A DNA stretch of 63,138 nt, filler included, from Craspedostauros australis (lineage: Eukaryota): assembly GCA_030167865.1 (NCBI GenBank). It is 14 parts of 14 records of this genome, joined end to end, with 100 filler letters (N's around TTAATTAATTAA, not from the genome) between each part and the next. Parts side by side here need not be neighbours in the genome. Positions count along the whole stretch, not along the records: positions 61,737 to 63,138 come from JALAGF010001427.1; 13 more parts are not named here. One strand, written 5' to 3'. This document shows positions 63,028-63,138 of this stretch, one piece after another. Below the pieces are notes generated by a model. That model was not told the DNA's origin, did no database searches, and worked only from the letters and a program-made list of their open reading frames with translations. The first letter of the stretch is position 1; the number at the start of each line of letters is the position of its first letter. Both the position numbers and the translations under genes were made by a program.

Positions 63028-63138
63028 CTCACACGATGTCTCTTCCTCTGTTGTGACTCGTTTCGCATGACGTGGAATCCTTCCCCTGTGACGTAGAAGA
63101 CGGATCAGCGAGAGTAAACACGAAATAGCTCTAAATAT

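Noticed and set aside
1..63138. tRNA, rRNA or structured ncRNA genes
   Set aside because: No cloverleaf or rRNA signature recognised by eye. tRNAscan-SE/Infernal would be needed to exclude them.

Overview
Eukaryotic (diatom-like, probably raphid pennate) nuclear DNA made of about 14 pieces joined by artificial linkers (N-run + TTAATTAATTAA + N-run, stops in all six frames). Adjacency across linkers is therefore not biological evidence. Gene-rich contigs (1-18755, 31929-42791, 44741-54751, 56361-59913) encode: a TMEM184/OST-alpha transporter; a small Trp-repeat protein; a 4-exon, probably plastid-targeted myo-inositol dehydrogenase; two tandem paralogous membrane LRR proteins; a 2-exon EngB/YihA GTPase with a long helical N-terminus; an ABC1/ADCK kinase; two large low-complexity proteins; a DONSON-like protein; an HMG-box protein; and a STAND/AAA-ATPase-TPR protein. 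Contig 24559-28277 holds the 5' exons of a receptor-type cyclase-like gene. The short contigs are mostly transposon pieces: at least three different Copia lineages, a LINE 3' end, and a ~1 kb element present twice. No rRNA, tRNA or CRISPR array is supportable. No complete novel system can be demonstrated. The best leads are a Copia gag-pol with an in-frame transmembrane segment between Gag and protease, a telomere-motif-bounded insert that breaks a Copia protease, a Cys-pair tail on the plastid-type inositol dehydrogenase, and a PPR-like-EngB fusion. Family assignments come from recalled motifs, not database searches.
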